A stretch of 64,000 bases of DNA, from positions 2,672 through 66,671 of the forward strand of contig JAFGTE010000028.1 in NCBI GenBank assembly GCA_016934215.1. The letters run 5' to 3'. Position numbers and translations under genes: made by a program. This document shows positions 53,686 through 63,800 of this stretch, in pieces (the stretch's first letter is position 1; every line of letters starts with the position of its first letter). The notes below the pieces were generated by a model, which was not told the origin of the DNA, searched no databases, and saw only the letters and a list, made by a program, of their open reading frames with translations. This DNA is from Candidatus Peregrinibacteria bacterium (lineage in GTDB: Bacteria > Patescibacteriota > Gracilibacteria > UM-FILTER-43-11).

Positions 53686-54422
53686 TATATAAAACGGAAG
53701 AAGTCAATATCCGTTACCGCCTTCACAATCGCAAAAGCCAGGGCGATAAAAGCAAAACCGATGAGACTGAAGTATATCATCGACTTTGCCTTGGTCAAAC
53801 GTTCATCGTTATCGTGGGCCGTAATAAACATGACACCGGAAACCGTCAAAGCGATAAAAACCGCTACCCAGGCAAAGCGGAAAAGCTGACGAATAATCTG
53901 CGGAATAAAATCTTCAACAATGTCTCCAGTAGGTACGGCTCCAGGCCGGTCCGGGGCGAGTAAGATTTTGCGTACTTCTGCAATGGCGGTACTGGCTTTG
54001 TCATGCGCCTGCTCAAAATCGGTGTCTGGAGCAGCGTAAGGCGGAGCGCCAGCAATCGAAGGTTCAATCCGAATATGGTCTTCCGCATCCAAACCGGTAA
54101 AATCTTCAGCGCGATTTTCAGCTCTGTCCAGGGCATTCAGCGCGCTGTCCCGGCGATTGCTGTTCTGTGCCAGGGCGTTCACTTGCCCGTGTATATTATC
54201 AATCGCCGTCTGAACATCACGCTGATCACTTTCCATCACACGAATCAGTTCATCCACTTCGTGCTCTGCACGGTTCTCCGCCGCATCATCACTGCTTGTT
54301 ATTCCTACCGATAGAAATTCGCGCTTCAGGGTATTAATGGAGCTTTCCCGATCGGCCATTACTTGCGAGGCTAAAGTACACACTATAAATGCTGCGATAA
54401 AAATTCTGTAAGTTTTTCTCAT
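53685..54422 (-). CDS. Pilin-domain protein with N-terminal extension
   Basis: Signal peptide, coiled region, C-terminal G..FIT...DE...KAK..I...LIG module. Confidence 0.7.
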   Translation of the reverse strand: MRKTYRIFIAAFIVCTLASQVMADRESSINTLKREFLSVGITSSDDAAENRAEHEVDELIRVMESDQRDVQTAIDNIHGQVNALAQNSNRRDSALNALDRAENRAEDFTGLDAEDHIRIEPSIAGAPPYAAPDTDFEQAHDKASTAIAEVRKILLAPDRPGAVPTGDIVEDFIPQIIRQLFRFAWVAVFIALTVSGVMFITAHDNDERLTKAKSMIYFSLIGFAFIALAFAIVKAVTDIDFFRFI

Positions 54423-54431
54423 AATCGTTGA

Positions 54432-54803
54432 TTAAGAAAGCCGGATACTGGTAACAATGGCAACCACACCGTAGGCGGTCAAAGCAATAACTAGACCAAT
54501 AACGGCATAAATCAGGGTTCGGGTGCCCCGTTCACGTTTTTCGGTGTCTCCGTAAGCCGTCAGGTACATATAACCGCCAAAAATGATGGCAATCACGGCA
54601 AGTGCCATCGCCAGATTGATGGCCCACTGGATCAGAAAAGGGATAATACGGCTGAAAAGCACACTGGACTGAATGTCAGAACCTTCCACCCCCGCACCCG
54701 GCAGAATGCCGGTTCCGGCAGGCTTGGAAATAATAGCATCCCCGCTGGTCGCCGGAGCCGCATAAGCCTTTGAAATAAGTGACAGTAAAAATGACTTCAT
54801 CAT
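54432..54803 (-). CDS. VirB2/TrbC-like pilin
   Basis: AVIAIIFGGY.YLTA.GD.E......TL.YA.IGL. Confidence 0.75.
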   Translation of the reverse strand: MMKSFLLSLISKAYAAPATSGDAIISKPAGTGILPGAGVEGSDIQSSVLFSRIIPFLIQWAINLAMALAVIAIIFGGYMYLTAYGDTEKRERGTRTLIYAVIGLVIALTAYGVVAIVTSIRLS

Positions 54804-55486
54804 AAGTAAGCAAAGAAAGTAGGATTGATTGTATAAAGAATGACCGAAGCCGTGAACCACAGAATCATTCCAATTAGGGCTTTTTTTATCATATCCTTCC
54901 CTTTGGTCAGCTGATCAGCCTCAGCGCCCGCCGTGGCGATCCGGATACCGCCGATTATCACAACCAGCACCACAAAACCAATAATCACGCCCGATACAAA
55001 GTTATAAACAAGTGCCAGATAATTATAAAGCAAGCCAAAAGGGCCTTGGGTCTCCCGGCCTTCTTCGAACACTAAAATAGCCTGAAAAGGCCCCTGATCT
55101 TTTCCGACAATAGCCTCGCCATACCAGAGGGTGTAAGCGACACCCCCTCCCTCAAGAGGAGTAGCTTTATAAAGGTCAAAACCACGCTCTCCGCCCAGCG
55201 GTTCCTGCAAAAATAAACAGTTAAAAGGAGTTCGATTCTCTTTGCTCGCATCTGATCCGCATTCAGAAGCAGCAGTGGCACAAGGAGGAAAACCCATTTC
55301 TGTCGCTTTAGCGCAGCGGCTCTGAAAGCTTGCTCCAGTAACACTTGTCGGCTCCGTAGCCGAACTCGAACCGGAACTGGAAGGCGTCGTCACAGGCGCT
55401 GGTGTTGACGCAGGGGTAGTCTGTGCTATAACTGCAGGAGCTGATAACAAAACAATGATGAAGACTGCTGTAATTTTTTTAATCAT
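54800..55486 (-). CDS. Pilin-domain protein with Ser/Thr- and Cys-rich extension
   Basis: C-terminal GG......G.......GK..I..ALIG.........IL.TINP. Confidence 0.72.
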   Translation of the reverse strand: MIKKITAVFIIVLLSAPAVIAQTTPASTPAPVTTPSSSGSSSATEPTSVTGASFQSRCAKATEMGFPPCATAASECGSDASKENRTPFNCLFLQEPLGGERGFDLYKATPLEGGGVAYTLWYGEAIVGKDQGPFQAILVFEEGRETQGPFGLLYNYLALVYNFVSGVIIGFVVLVVIIGGIRIATAGAEADQLTKGKDMIKKALIGMILWFTASVILYTINPTFFAYL

Positions 55487-55913
55487 AGATACTAACAATA
55501 AGCAGTTGTACAAGAGTGACCATAATATAAGCCAGCAGCGTCACCCCTAAACCAATAAGCGAATATTTGACCAGCTGTTTCCCCTTTTCATAGCGCGGTG
55601 CGTCCCCTCCCCCGGAGGACAGCATCATAAAGCCGCCCCACGACATAGTGAGTACCGCTAAACTACCAATTACAGTGGCCATAAAACCGATGATTTTTTC
55701 AAGAAAATAGTTCACTCCGCGCCGGATCCAGCCCCCACGTGTGCTGGATTCAATACCCTCGTGCGTGACAGCGCCTAAGTCAAACATGAATGAAGGCGAA
55801 TCAAGCGCTCCGTCCTGAGCATAAACAACAGGAAGATCGTTTACCGGAAAAACATCAGTTATCAACTGCAGTCCTATGACCAGCACGAGCGCAATCAAAA
55901 TATTTTTTATCAT
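55479..55913 (-). CDS. VirB2/TrbC-like pilin
   Basis: AVL....GGF....SGG......KGK......LIGL...L.AY. Confidence 0.75.
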   Translation of the reverse strand: MIKNILIALVLVIGLQLITDVFPVNDLPVVYAQDGALDSPSFMFDLGAVTHEGIESSTRGGWIRRGVNYFLEKIIGFMATVIGSLAVLTMSWGGFMMLSSGGGDAPRYEKGKQLVKYSLIGLGVTLLAYIMVTLVQLLIVSIYD

Positions 55914-55950
55914 GTTTCTTTTGTTTTCTTTCTATGTGATTCTAACAAAA

Positions 55951-57108
55951 TTACTCCTTTTGGGCAATTTTTCTTTTTATGGGTTCTCTCAGTTTTAATT
56001 TAAAATCACTGCCTTGCTCATCAAAATCAGAAGGCCGGTCAATAGTGGGAATATCAGCTTCAACAGAAACCTCACCCTCAGTGATCCGGACAACATCTTT
56101 ATCGATTTTTCCATATTCTTTACCGGCACTGTTGTAGGCGTTTACGGTTGTAGAAAGGTGACTGCCCAGGCGGTTCATATGCTCCTGATAAGCATTGAGA
56201 TGTCTCCCTAACTCCCCCACTCTTTTTTGAATCTCCACAGCCTGTTTCTCTATTGTGAGCGCCTTAAGGGCCTGCATCACCGTTTGCAGATAAGCATAAA
56301 AAGTCATAGGTGACACCAGAATCACGTGTTTTTTGAAAGCGTATTCAATCAGATCATGGGTATTCACATCAAGCACGCCGACTTTCTGGCTGAGTAAGTT
56401 ATAGAACACCCCATCGGCGGGAATAAACATAAAGGCAAAATCCGTGGTGTTTTCATCGAGCCGGACGTACTTACTGGTTTCATCAATGCGTTTTTTCAGA
56501 TCTGCTTTAAACTCCTTTTCGAGTGCCGCCCGTTCACTGTCTGATTTACTCTCCATCATGGCGTTATAGTTTTCCAGACTGAACTTAGCATCGACAGGAA
56601 TCACCTTATCCCTGACAAAAATGGCCGCATCCACAACTTCACCGTTTTTAAAGCCGTACTGCATTTTAAAATGAGAAGGCGGAAGCTGGTTGGAAAGCAA
56701 ATTCTCTAAAAAGAATTCTCCCAAAATACCTCGTTGCTTTGGATTTTTGAGAATATTTTCCAGTTGTTTCATCTGCTCTGCAAAACCAACCACCTGCTTA
56801 TTCGTTTCATCAAGTTTAGTGAGTTTTTCCGTGACCCCTTTCACATTTTCCGTTACCTCTTTAATAATCTTCTGGCTGCTGGCAAACTGTTTTTGGAGAG
56901 ATTCAGTAAGGATTTGCTGAGACTTGCTCATCTGCTCATTGATATTCTTGTCCTGAGCCTGCAGGCCCTTCTGAATCTCAAAAAGATGCTTCTGTAACAT
57001 CTCCATTGCTTTGTCCTCAGCAGGCTTTTCAAGCTTCTGCAGAATGCGGTAACTAATGTAAGCCACTGTACCGAGACCGATGATGATTAGGAGTGTATTT
57101 ATGTCCAT
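55951..57108 (-). CDS. rmuC: DNA recombination protein RmuC
   Basis: N-terminal TM, coiled coil, K.RG..GE..L, DAKF, TTDFA.MF.P. Confidence 0.92.
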   Translation of the reverse strand: MDINTLLIIIGLGTVAYISYRILQKLEKPAEDKAMEMLQKHLFEIQKGLQAQDKNINEQMSKSQQILTESLQKQFASSQKIIKEVTENVKGVTEKLTKLDETNKQVVGFAEQMKQLENILKNPKQRGILGEFFLENLLSNQLPPSHFKMQYGFKNGEVVDAAIFVRDKVIPVDAKFSLENYNAMMESKSDSERAALEKEFKADLKKRIDETSKYVRLDENTTDFAFMFIPADGVFYNLLSQKVGVLDVNTHDLIEYAFKKHVILVSPMTFYAYLQTVMQALKALTIEKQAVEIQKRVGELGRHLNAYQEHMNRLGSHLSTTVNAYNSAGKEYGKIDKDVVRITEGEVSVEADIPTIDRPSDFDEQGSDFKLKLREPIKRKIAQKE

Positions 57109-57318
57109 TCGTAAAAATTAAGGTTGCACCTAAGTGTAACCATTTTTTGGTTATGATGCCAGATCAGTTCAGACTATACCCGCACCACTGGAATCAAAGC
57201 TGACGGATCATTTACTGTATAAACACCACCGCCTTTATTCGTCAGTTTAGATGAACTGCCCTGGTCTTCAGCATCAAATTCCGAAGGACTGCAGTAGCGC
57301 CGGAAGAGCTACTTAAAG

Positions 57319-57693
57319 TTATTCAATAACTTCTTCAGCTTCTTCTTCCGGTATCAAACCCGTACATCGCCAATTCACCTCCCAGGAACCATCTGAAAAC
57401 ACCACACAGGCCGGATTACAGCCTTCATGTTCTTCCTTCAGATTGGCATCGAACCACCAGGTCTTGCTATATTCATTATAATAACCAGGCCCGATGGATT
57501 CGTCTTCTTTGATGCACTCACTTTCAGCCACTTGTCTCGCCTCTTCTTCAAGAAGCCAGGGTTCTTCAGAAACAGGTGGCTGCTCATCGATCGGCACTAT
57601 AGGCGTTACGGTTTCTGACTGATCCAAAAGCTTACAGCCAGCCAAAAAGAGTGGAAATAGGAGGGGTACTGTTAATAACATTCTTCTTTTCAT
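57319..57693 (-). CDS. Hypothetical lipoprotein
   Basis: Lipobox LAGC; Cys-rich GCNPACVV...EVNWRCTG. Confidence 0.75.
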   Translation of the reverse strand: MKRRMLLTVPLLFPLFLAGCKLLDQSETVTPIVPIDEQPPVSEEPWLLEEEARQVAESECIKEDESIGPGYYNEYSKTWWFDANLKEEHEGCNPACVVFSDGSWEVNWRCTGLIPEEEAEEVIE

Positions 57694-57899
57694 ACGGTGA
57701 TTGGTTACACCCGTATTGTACTACTCATGCGTATAAATTCAACTCTATTCGCACCGAACTGGACAGCCCTGCGAGTGCAGAAATTCGTACCGCCCGGTTT
57801 AAGCGGCTCCCAACTGGTTTTGAGCGCCAGCGGATCATTAAACGTCGCCGGATCGACCAGGATTTCCGGTTTAAAGAGGCTGGCGAGAAGACCTTATAG

Positions 57900-60758
57900 T
57901 TAAAGTTCTGCCCGATCACAAATCCCATTATACGGACAGAATTTGCAAACAAAAGGTGAAGGCGCGGGAACAAAATCGGACTCATTGATCTGATCAGCTG
58001 TCTTGGTGATTTCTTCTTTTATTTTATCCAGCTTTTCTGTATCTGGTTCAGTCGAAACTTTCAGATCATCATCCAGAAAATATAAAGTCAGTTTGCTGGC
58101 GGGCTGAGCAAAGCATTCTTTGGTAGCCAGGGCGTAGATCATCAGCTGTTTGTCTTTATCAACGTCTTTCTGGCTTTTGGACTTGCCTGATTTATAATCG
58201 ATCACCTCAAGCGTGCCGTCAGGTAGTTTATCGGCCCGGTCAATTCGGCCGGTAATCGTGTACTTGCCGACTTTCAGTTTGAAACCTTTTTCAAGGAACT
58301 CGATTTTCGGCACTTCTTCCTTAAAGTGTTCATAAAACTTTTCAAGGATTTCCTTTCCGCGTTTTTTCAGGGTTTCCATATGGGCTTTTGAATCAAAACC
58401 GACAGGAATCCATTTGTCTTCGTAAATAGAAAGAAGACGATCAAGCGACAGGTCTTCTTTGTAATCTTCAAAAAGCGAGGCCTGTTTACTCTGAGTGACA
58501 AGTTTATAGAATTCATTCAGGGTATTGTGCAGGCTGGAACCAAAAGAGGTAGCACCGGTCAGGGGCTGAGGGATTTTCAGAATATATTCATACTCATATT
58601 GACGGGGGCAGGTCTCAAAACTCTGAAGGGCAGAATAACTGAAACGGGTAATCGGTTCACGTGCTTTGATTTCCGCAGAAAGCGGGAGGTCAGCTGTTTT
58701 TGGCTTCAAAAAGCGCTCCACACCTTCAGCCGTTTTCTCGATTTGAGTAGGAATCTGGTCAGCGATTTCCTGTACAAACACACTTGGTTTCTTGGACCTC
58801 GGATTCTGGGCGTTTGAAGCAGAATAAAAGTCACTGTACAAAAGGTGCAGGCTGTTTTTGGCACGGGTCATGGCCACGTAAAACAGCCGGCGTTCTTCTT
58901 CGATATGAAAATCTCCCTCCGTCAGGATTTCAGAGATCAGTTCAGCGGGTACTTCGATAGGGTCTTTGCGATTATCGGACGGGAAGCGTCGGGAAGCCAG
59001 GCTGGGCAGGAACACCGTATCAAATTCAAGGCCCTTGGCACCGTGAACGGTCGAAATCTGAACGCCATCGATGCCTCCGATATCAAATTTAGCGGCCGGA
59101 TTCTCCCCTGCCTCCTCCGACAGGTTCAGATACTCCACAAAATCGATCACGGTTGTTGCCTCGCTTTCCCGTTCAAACTGGTTGATACGCCCGAAAAAAG
59201 ACGCAATATTGACGATCTGTTCCTCTGCTTCAATACTGTCTTTAGCAAGCAACTTCTCATAGAGCTTTGTTTGTTCGGTAAACTTAAACAAAACCTCGCC
59301 AGCCGTATGATCTTTGGAATATTCGATCAGTTCTTTTAGGGCATCGGTTAGTTTAGCAGTTTCAGAGCGGTTTTGAACGACGGACCAAAGCGGCTGATAT
59401 TTCTTCTTGGCCTCAGCGATCAAATCCACGATGGTCTGCATTTTAAGTCCCCAGCAGTCCATGCGAAGCACCCGGAAAAAAGGAATATCCTCGGTCGGAT
59501 TAGCGATGACACGGAGTAGGCTGATCAGTTCTTTGACTTCGTCTTTATTATAAAGACCGCGTTCGGAAAGAAACTGATAAGGAATATTTTCCTTTCTCAG
59601 CGCATCGATAAACGGTTTGGCGTAATTGTTAGCCCGTACCAGAATGGCGATTACAGAAAGCGGGCACTTGACCAGCTTGATTTCCTCCAGCACATAAGCC
59701 ACTTCCTGATCGACGGTAGAACAGTGGACCAGCTTCACGCTCTCATCATCCCCCTCAAACTGAGCCTTAAGCTGTTTGTTTACGTTAGCCTTCACTTCCA
59801 GCCGGTCAGGATTGTTGTTCTGCACGGAGGTATAAGCTATATCCAGTATGCGCTGAGCACTGCGATAGTTCTCCGTAAGAACCACCTTCTTCAGCTCCGG
59901 ATATTTCTCTTCGAATTGCAGAATATTCGAAATAGCCGCCCCGCGAAATTTGTAGATCGACTGGTCATCGTCCCCCACCACCATCAGGTTCTTATGCTCA
60001 CCCGCCAGCAGATCTACAATACGGTTCTGGGCAATATTCGTGTCCTGATATTCGTCGACCAATATATAAAGGTACTTCTGCTGGAGGTATTTGAGGATGT
60101 TCGGCCGTTTGGTCAGCAGTTCAATCACCTTGAATTGTAAATCTGAAAAATCCAGTGCATCATGCTGGGCCATCAGTTTCTGGTACTGGGCATAAACACA
60201 CGCCAGTTCTTCAAGCTTCTTAGCTTCCAGTTTCTCTTCTTCGGACTTTGCTTCGAGGGTTTTCCGGTTCGCGTAGGCCTGGAAATCCGCCACCCCGATC
60301 ACTTCTTCCTTAATACGGCCAAAAAAGGCCACTAGCGAATCGATAAACTTGGTCGGATTCCCCGAAGGCCGGTAATAATCCAGTTCAAAATCAAACAGGT
60401 GGTCTTTGAGTAGCTTCCAGCGCGCCACCCCCTCCAGGATCTTAAAGCTTGGGGAAAGGCCGATATCGATACCGTACTGCCTTAAGATCTTCTCGCAGAA
60501 AGAATGGAAGGTGGAAACCTGAATCGCCTCATAACCAATGGGCATCCGTTCATCTAACCTGCCTTCCATCTCTGCCGCCGCCTTTTCGGTAAAAGTAAGA
60601 GCTAAAATATTACCTGGCTCACACCATTTCTGCTCTAAAATATGGGCAATCCGTTCGGTGATCACACGGGTTTTCCCGGTCCCCGCCCCTGCTATCACAA
60701 GTATGGGGCCCCTATTGTGTCCTACGGCCTGTTTTTGTTCTCTGTTCAGTTGTATCAC
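57900..60758 (-). CDS. UvrD/PcrA-family helicase fused to a PD-(D/E)XK nuclease
   Basis: AGAGTGKT, VDEYQD, VGDDDQSIY.FRGA, EEERRLFYVAMTRA, then G.IDR.D..IDYK with Cys ligands. Confidence 0.92.
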   Translation of the reverse strand: MIQLNREQKQAVGHNRGPILVIAGAGTGKTRVITERIAHILEQKWCEPGNILALTFTEKAAAEMEGRLDERMPIGYEAIQVSTFHSFCEKILRQYGIDIGLSPSFKILEGVARWKLLKDHLFDFELDYYRPSGNPTKFIDSLVAFFGRIKEEVIGVADFQAYANRKTLEAKSEEEKLEAKKLEELACVYAQYQKLMAQHDALDFSDLQFKVIELLTKRPNILKYLQQKYLYILVDEYQDTNIAQNRIVDLLAGEHKNLMVVGDDDQSIYKFRGAAISNILQFEEKYPELKKVVLTENYRSAQRILDIAYTSVQNNNPDRLEVKANVNKQLKAQFEGDDESVKLVHCSTVDQEVAYVLEEIKLVKCPLSVIAILVRANNYAKPFIDALRKENIPYQFLSERGLYNKDEVKELISLLRVIANPTEDIPFFRVLRMDCWGLKMQTIVDLIAEAKKKYQPLWSVVQNRSETAKLTDALKELIEYSKDHTAGEVLFKFTEQTKLYEKLLAKDSIEAEEQIVNIASFFGRINQFERESEATTVIDFVEYLNLSEEAGENPAAKFDIGGIDGVQISTVHGAKGLEFDTVFLPSLASRRFPSDNRKDPIEVPAELISEILTEGDFHIEEERRLFYVAMTRAKNSLHLLYSDFYSASNAQNPRSKKPSVFVQEIADQIPTQIEKTAEGVERFLKPKTADLPLSAEIKAREPITRFSYSALQSFETCPRQYEYEYILKIPQPLTGATSFGSSLHNTLNEFYKLVTQSKQASLFEDYKEDLSLDRLLSIYEDKWIPVGFDSKAHMETLKKRGKEILEKFYEHFKEEVPKIEFLEKGFKLKVGKYTITGRIDRADKLPDGTLEVIDYKSGKSKSQKDVDKDKQLMIYALATKECFAQPASKLTLYFLDDDLKVSTEPDTEKLDKIKEEITKTADQINESDFVPAPSPFVCKFCPYNGICDRAEL

Positions 60759-60782
60759 GAAGCAATGATACTAGCTGAAAAA

Positions 60783-62111
60783 CTATTTGTCCTCCTTTTC
60801 TTCTTTCTTCTGAGTCGTCTTTTTGGCGGTAGCTTTCTTGGCAACAGCTTTCTTTTTAGGCTTTTCTTCGGCCGCTTTTTCAGTCGCTACTTCCTCTGCA
60901 GGAGCTTCTCCTTTCTCTTCTTTTTTCTTAGCAGCAGCTTTTTTCTTAGGCTTTTCCTCCTTTATTTCTTCTTCTACAGGTTCTTCAGCCGGAATCTCTT
61001 CCTTTGTTTTTTTAGCCACTTTGCTCTTGGTACCTTTCAGAGAAAGACCAATGCGGTGTTCATCGCGGTCGATATTGATGACTTCAGCCTGCACCTCCTG
61101 ACCGACATCCAGAAAATCAGCAGGATCCTCCACCTTGTTATCAGAAATCTCAGATAGGTGAATCAGACCATTGATATCGTCTTCTAACTGCACAAAGGCA
61201 CCAAACGGAGAAAAGCGGTTGATGGTTCCTTTGACTTTAGAACCAATAGGATACTTTTCTTCAATCACCGTCCATGGATCCGGAATCAGACGCTTCATCG
61301 AAAGGGATAATTTATCGTTCTCAATACCAATGATTTCTACGTCCACTGCATCGCCCACTTTGGCGTACTGGTGAGGATTGGAAACATGCCCCCAGGCGAT
61401 TTCGGAGATGTGCACAAGGCCTTCCAGACCGTCAAAAGTAACAAATATTCCGAATTTAACAACACCGCTTACCTTACCGGTCACACGGTCACCCACCTTA
61501 AGTTCGCCCAAGGAAGCCTTTGCCTTCCCTTGCTGTGCAGCTCGTTCCGAAAGAATCATTTTTCCGCTGCTTCGGTCCAGGTTAATGATCTTCACACTGA
61601 GCTTCATACCAACCAGTTTCTGCAGTCTGGAAAGAATCTGGGCACTGTTGGCATCTTCGACCCGGGGATAATGAGCCGGTGCCAGCTGGGAAACCGGAAT
61701 AAAGCCTTTAATTCCATCCACATCGATAAGCAACCCGCCTTTATTGGCTTCCGAAATCTGAACTTCAATCACGTCCCCATTCTTGTAAGCCTTATCAAAC
61801 TTATCCCAGGTCGTCGCCTGTGAAGCCCGCTTGAGTGAAAGAACCACCATACCGTCTTCATTCTCTTCTTCAATGACAACCGTCTTAACCTCGTCTCCTT
61901 CTTTAAGATCTTTAATAGTATCATTACTGTCATGGGTTTCACGCCCGCTGGAAATCCCCACCGCCACACCATTCAGGTCCACGACCAGGCGATTCTTTGA
62001 AATACTGACTACCTTACCGGTAATCACAGCTCCCAATTTGGGTTTTTCGAACTCTGCAGATGATTCCAGCAGATCGTCCATTGAAATATTGTCGTCTGTA
62101 ATTTTGTACAT
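60783..62111 (-). CDS. rpsA: 30S ribosomal protein S1 (four S1 domains, Lys/Glu/Ala-rich tail)
   Basis: GFIPVSQL, FG.FV....EGLVHISEI repeats. Confidence 0.92.
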   Translation of the reverse strand: MYKITDDNISMDDLLESSAEFEKPKLGAVITGKVVSISKNRLVVDLNGVAVGISSGRETHDSNDTIKDLKEGDEVKTVVIEEENEDGMVVLSLKRASQATTWDKFDKAYKNGDVIEVQISEANKGGLLIDVDGIKGFIPVSQLAPAHYPRVEDANSAQILSRLQKLVGMKLSVKIINLDRSSGKMILSERAAQQGKAKASLGELKVGDRVTGKVSGVVKFGIFVTFDGLEGLVHISEIAWGHVSNPHQYAKVGDAVDVEIIGIENDKLSLSMKRLIPDPWTVIEEKYPIGSKVKGTINRFSPFGAFVQLEDDINGLIHLSEISDNKVEDPADFLDVGQEVQAEVINIDRDEHRIGLSLKGTKSKVAKKTKEEIPAEEPVEEEIKEEKPKKKAAAKKKEEKGEAPAEEVATEKAAEEKPKKKAVAKKATAKKTTQKKEEKEDK

Positions 62112-62192
62112 ATGAAAAAATTTAGCAGTTGATTAGTTGTAATGAGCAATATCGTGATTCCCCTGCAAAAGGAACCGCTCAATTGCGCATTT

Positions 62193-62220
62193 ATTTTAGT
62201 GACTCTTCCGGAAATGTCAA
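62193..62220 (-). promoter_or_regulatory. Sigma70 promoter TTGACA-N16-TAAAAT for rpsA
   Basis: Read directly; followed by a hairpin-containing leader of about 75 nt. Confidence 0.6.
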
Positions 62221-62280
62221 ATGTTATTTACAACTCCATTAATTCATGGATAATAATTCACCAGCCTAAGTTTTAACAAC

Positions 62281-62667
62281 ATGCTCAAAAAATCCTCCGA
62301 ATCGCCGCAAATAAGCAGAAGAACTATGATTCTTTGCCTTCTTGCTTCAGGGCTTGTTACGTCAGGGTTTCAAAATCCACCCCCAACACAAGAGGTCCAA
62401 GAAAACCGAACGGAAAGAAGATATCCGTTTGCGATGGATGATTACAATATGGATGTTATTGATCATATAACCGATGCCAGTAATCGGATTGGCAGCCGGG
62501 CAAAAATTGAACGGGTATTTTCTATTCTGAAAAGCAAAAATCACTCCCAAAAAGAATGGTGGTATCAAAAACTGGCTGCAGCTGACCGCAGGCGGCTGAC
62601 CGCAGAAGAAAAAAACCGTATCCTCAATATGCTGGACATGACGCTGGAATATATGGTTGAAACTTAA
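62281..62667 (+). CDS. Hypothetical exported protein
   Basis: 128 aa with SRR plus hydrophobic N-terminus. Confidence 0.55.
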   Translation: MLKKSSESPQISRRTMILCLLASGLVTSGFQNPPPTQEVQENRTERRYPFAMDDYNMDVIDHITDASNRIGSRAKIERVFSILKSKNHSQKEWWYQKLAAADRRRLTAEEKNRILNMLDMTLEYMVET

Positions 62668-62674
62668 AGCGATT

Positions 62675-63751
62675 TCATGTCACCGCCCCTTCAGAAACTT
62701 TGTAAACCTGGGTATTTTTGGTCAATCCTTCAATGAACTCTTTATGCGTTGTTGTAATAAAAGTCTGACTCTTTCCGGTAGTCTGAAAGAGATATTTTTG
62801 TCTGTCTGCATCAAGCTCCGAAAATACATCATCCAGAAGCAAAACCGGATCATCCCCGGTCCGTATTTTAATAAGATCAATTTCCGCAAATTTAAGGGCT
62901 AAAACAAGGCTCCTCCATTCTCCACGTGACGCAAAATCCGTCATATCCCGTCCGTTCAGCATGAATTTAAGATCATCACGATGCGGTCCAAGTTTAGTCT
63001 GACAGATGGCCAAATCACGACGGTGATTTTTTTTGTAAAGTTCACGCAATTCCTTTGGCTTTACGCCACGCACTTCTGACTCATAAACAATGCGAATCTC
63101 TGAATCCGAATTGGAAATCTCTTTATAGTGCCTGCTGACAAGTTTTTGCAGTTCATCAATAAGCCCACCCCGGATATCAGTAATAAAGGAACCTAATTGG
63201 GCCAGTTTCTCATCCCAGAAGTCTAATTCATCCATTTCTCCATTTCCATCGGCAATCGCCTTTAAAAGCGAATTACGTTGCCTGATGGCTTCATTATATT
63301 CCATCAGGTGACTCAAATAATCAGCATTAAGCTGAGAAAGCACAACATCCAGATACCTTCGGCGCAACTTGGGAGAATAGGACATATAAGCAAGATCATC
63401 GGGAGAAAAGAAGACCGATTTTAAGTTACCGATAAAATCAGATGCCGACTTTTTAACGCCATTTATTTTCAGAACCTTCTGAACCGGTTTGGCAGTTACC
63501 ACCACCTCAAGTGTCTCCCCGTCAGCATCCACCCTCACACTGGAAAAATCCTCATCAAAACCCACTAAATCCGCACTGGTACGGGTCCGGAACGATTTTG
63601 AGAGGGAACAAAGATAAATGGCCTCCAAAATATTCGTTTTCCCTTGGCCATTGGCTCCCACAAAGGCATGAATGGGCACCCCATCATCAAATTTTAGATC
63701 GATTCCCTTCAAATTCCGAAAACCTTTGATTTTGATGTTCTGGATCCGCAT
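62675..63751 (-). CDS. recF: DNA replication and repair protein RecF
   Basis: FRN, G.NGQGKTNILEAI, GPHRDDL, S.GE.R, LLLDDVFSELD. Confidence 0.96.
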   Translation of the reverse strand: MRIQNIKIKGFRNLKGIDLKFDDGVPIHAFVGANGQGKTNILEAIYLCSLSKSFRTRTSADLVGFDEDFSSVRVDADGETLEVVVTAKPVQKVLKINGVKKSASDFIGNLKSVFFSPDDLAYMSYSPKLRRRYLDVVLSQLNADYLSHLMEYNEAIRQRNSLLKAIADGNGEMDELDFWDEKLAQLGSFITDIRGGLIDELQKLVSRHYKEISNSDSEIRIVYESEVRGVKPKELRELYKKNHRRDLAICQTKLGPHRDDLKFMLNGRDMTDFASRGEWRSLVLALKFAEIDLIKIRTGDDPVLLLDDVFSELDADRQKYLFQTTGKSQTFITTTHKEFIEGLTKNTQVYKVSEGAVT

Positions 63752-63800
63752 AGACAGTTGATTTTTTCGCTAATCTTTGCTATAATTATAAGATTTTCTA

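Noticed and set aside
57170..57310. Minus-strand frame YCSPSEFDAEDQGSSSKLTNKGGGVYTVNDPSALIPVVRV
   Set aside because: No start codon after the upstream stop; it may be a gene remnant but cannot be supported
57651..57985. Short overlapping ORFs between the lipoprotein and the helicase
   Set aside because: Three competing frames, none with convincing features
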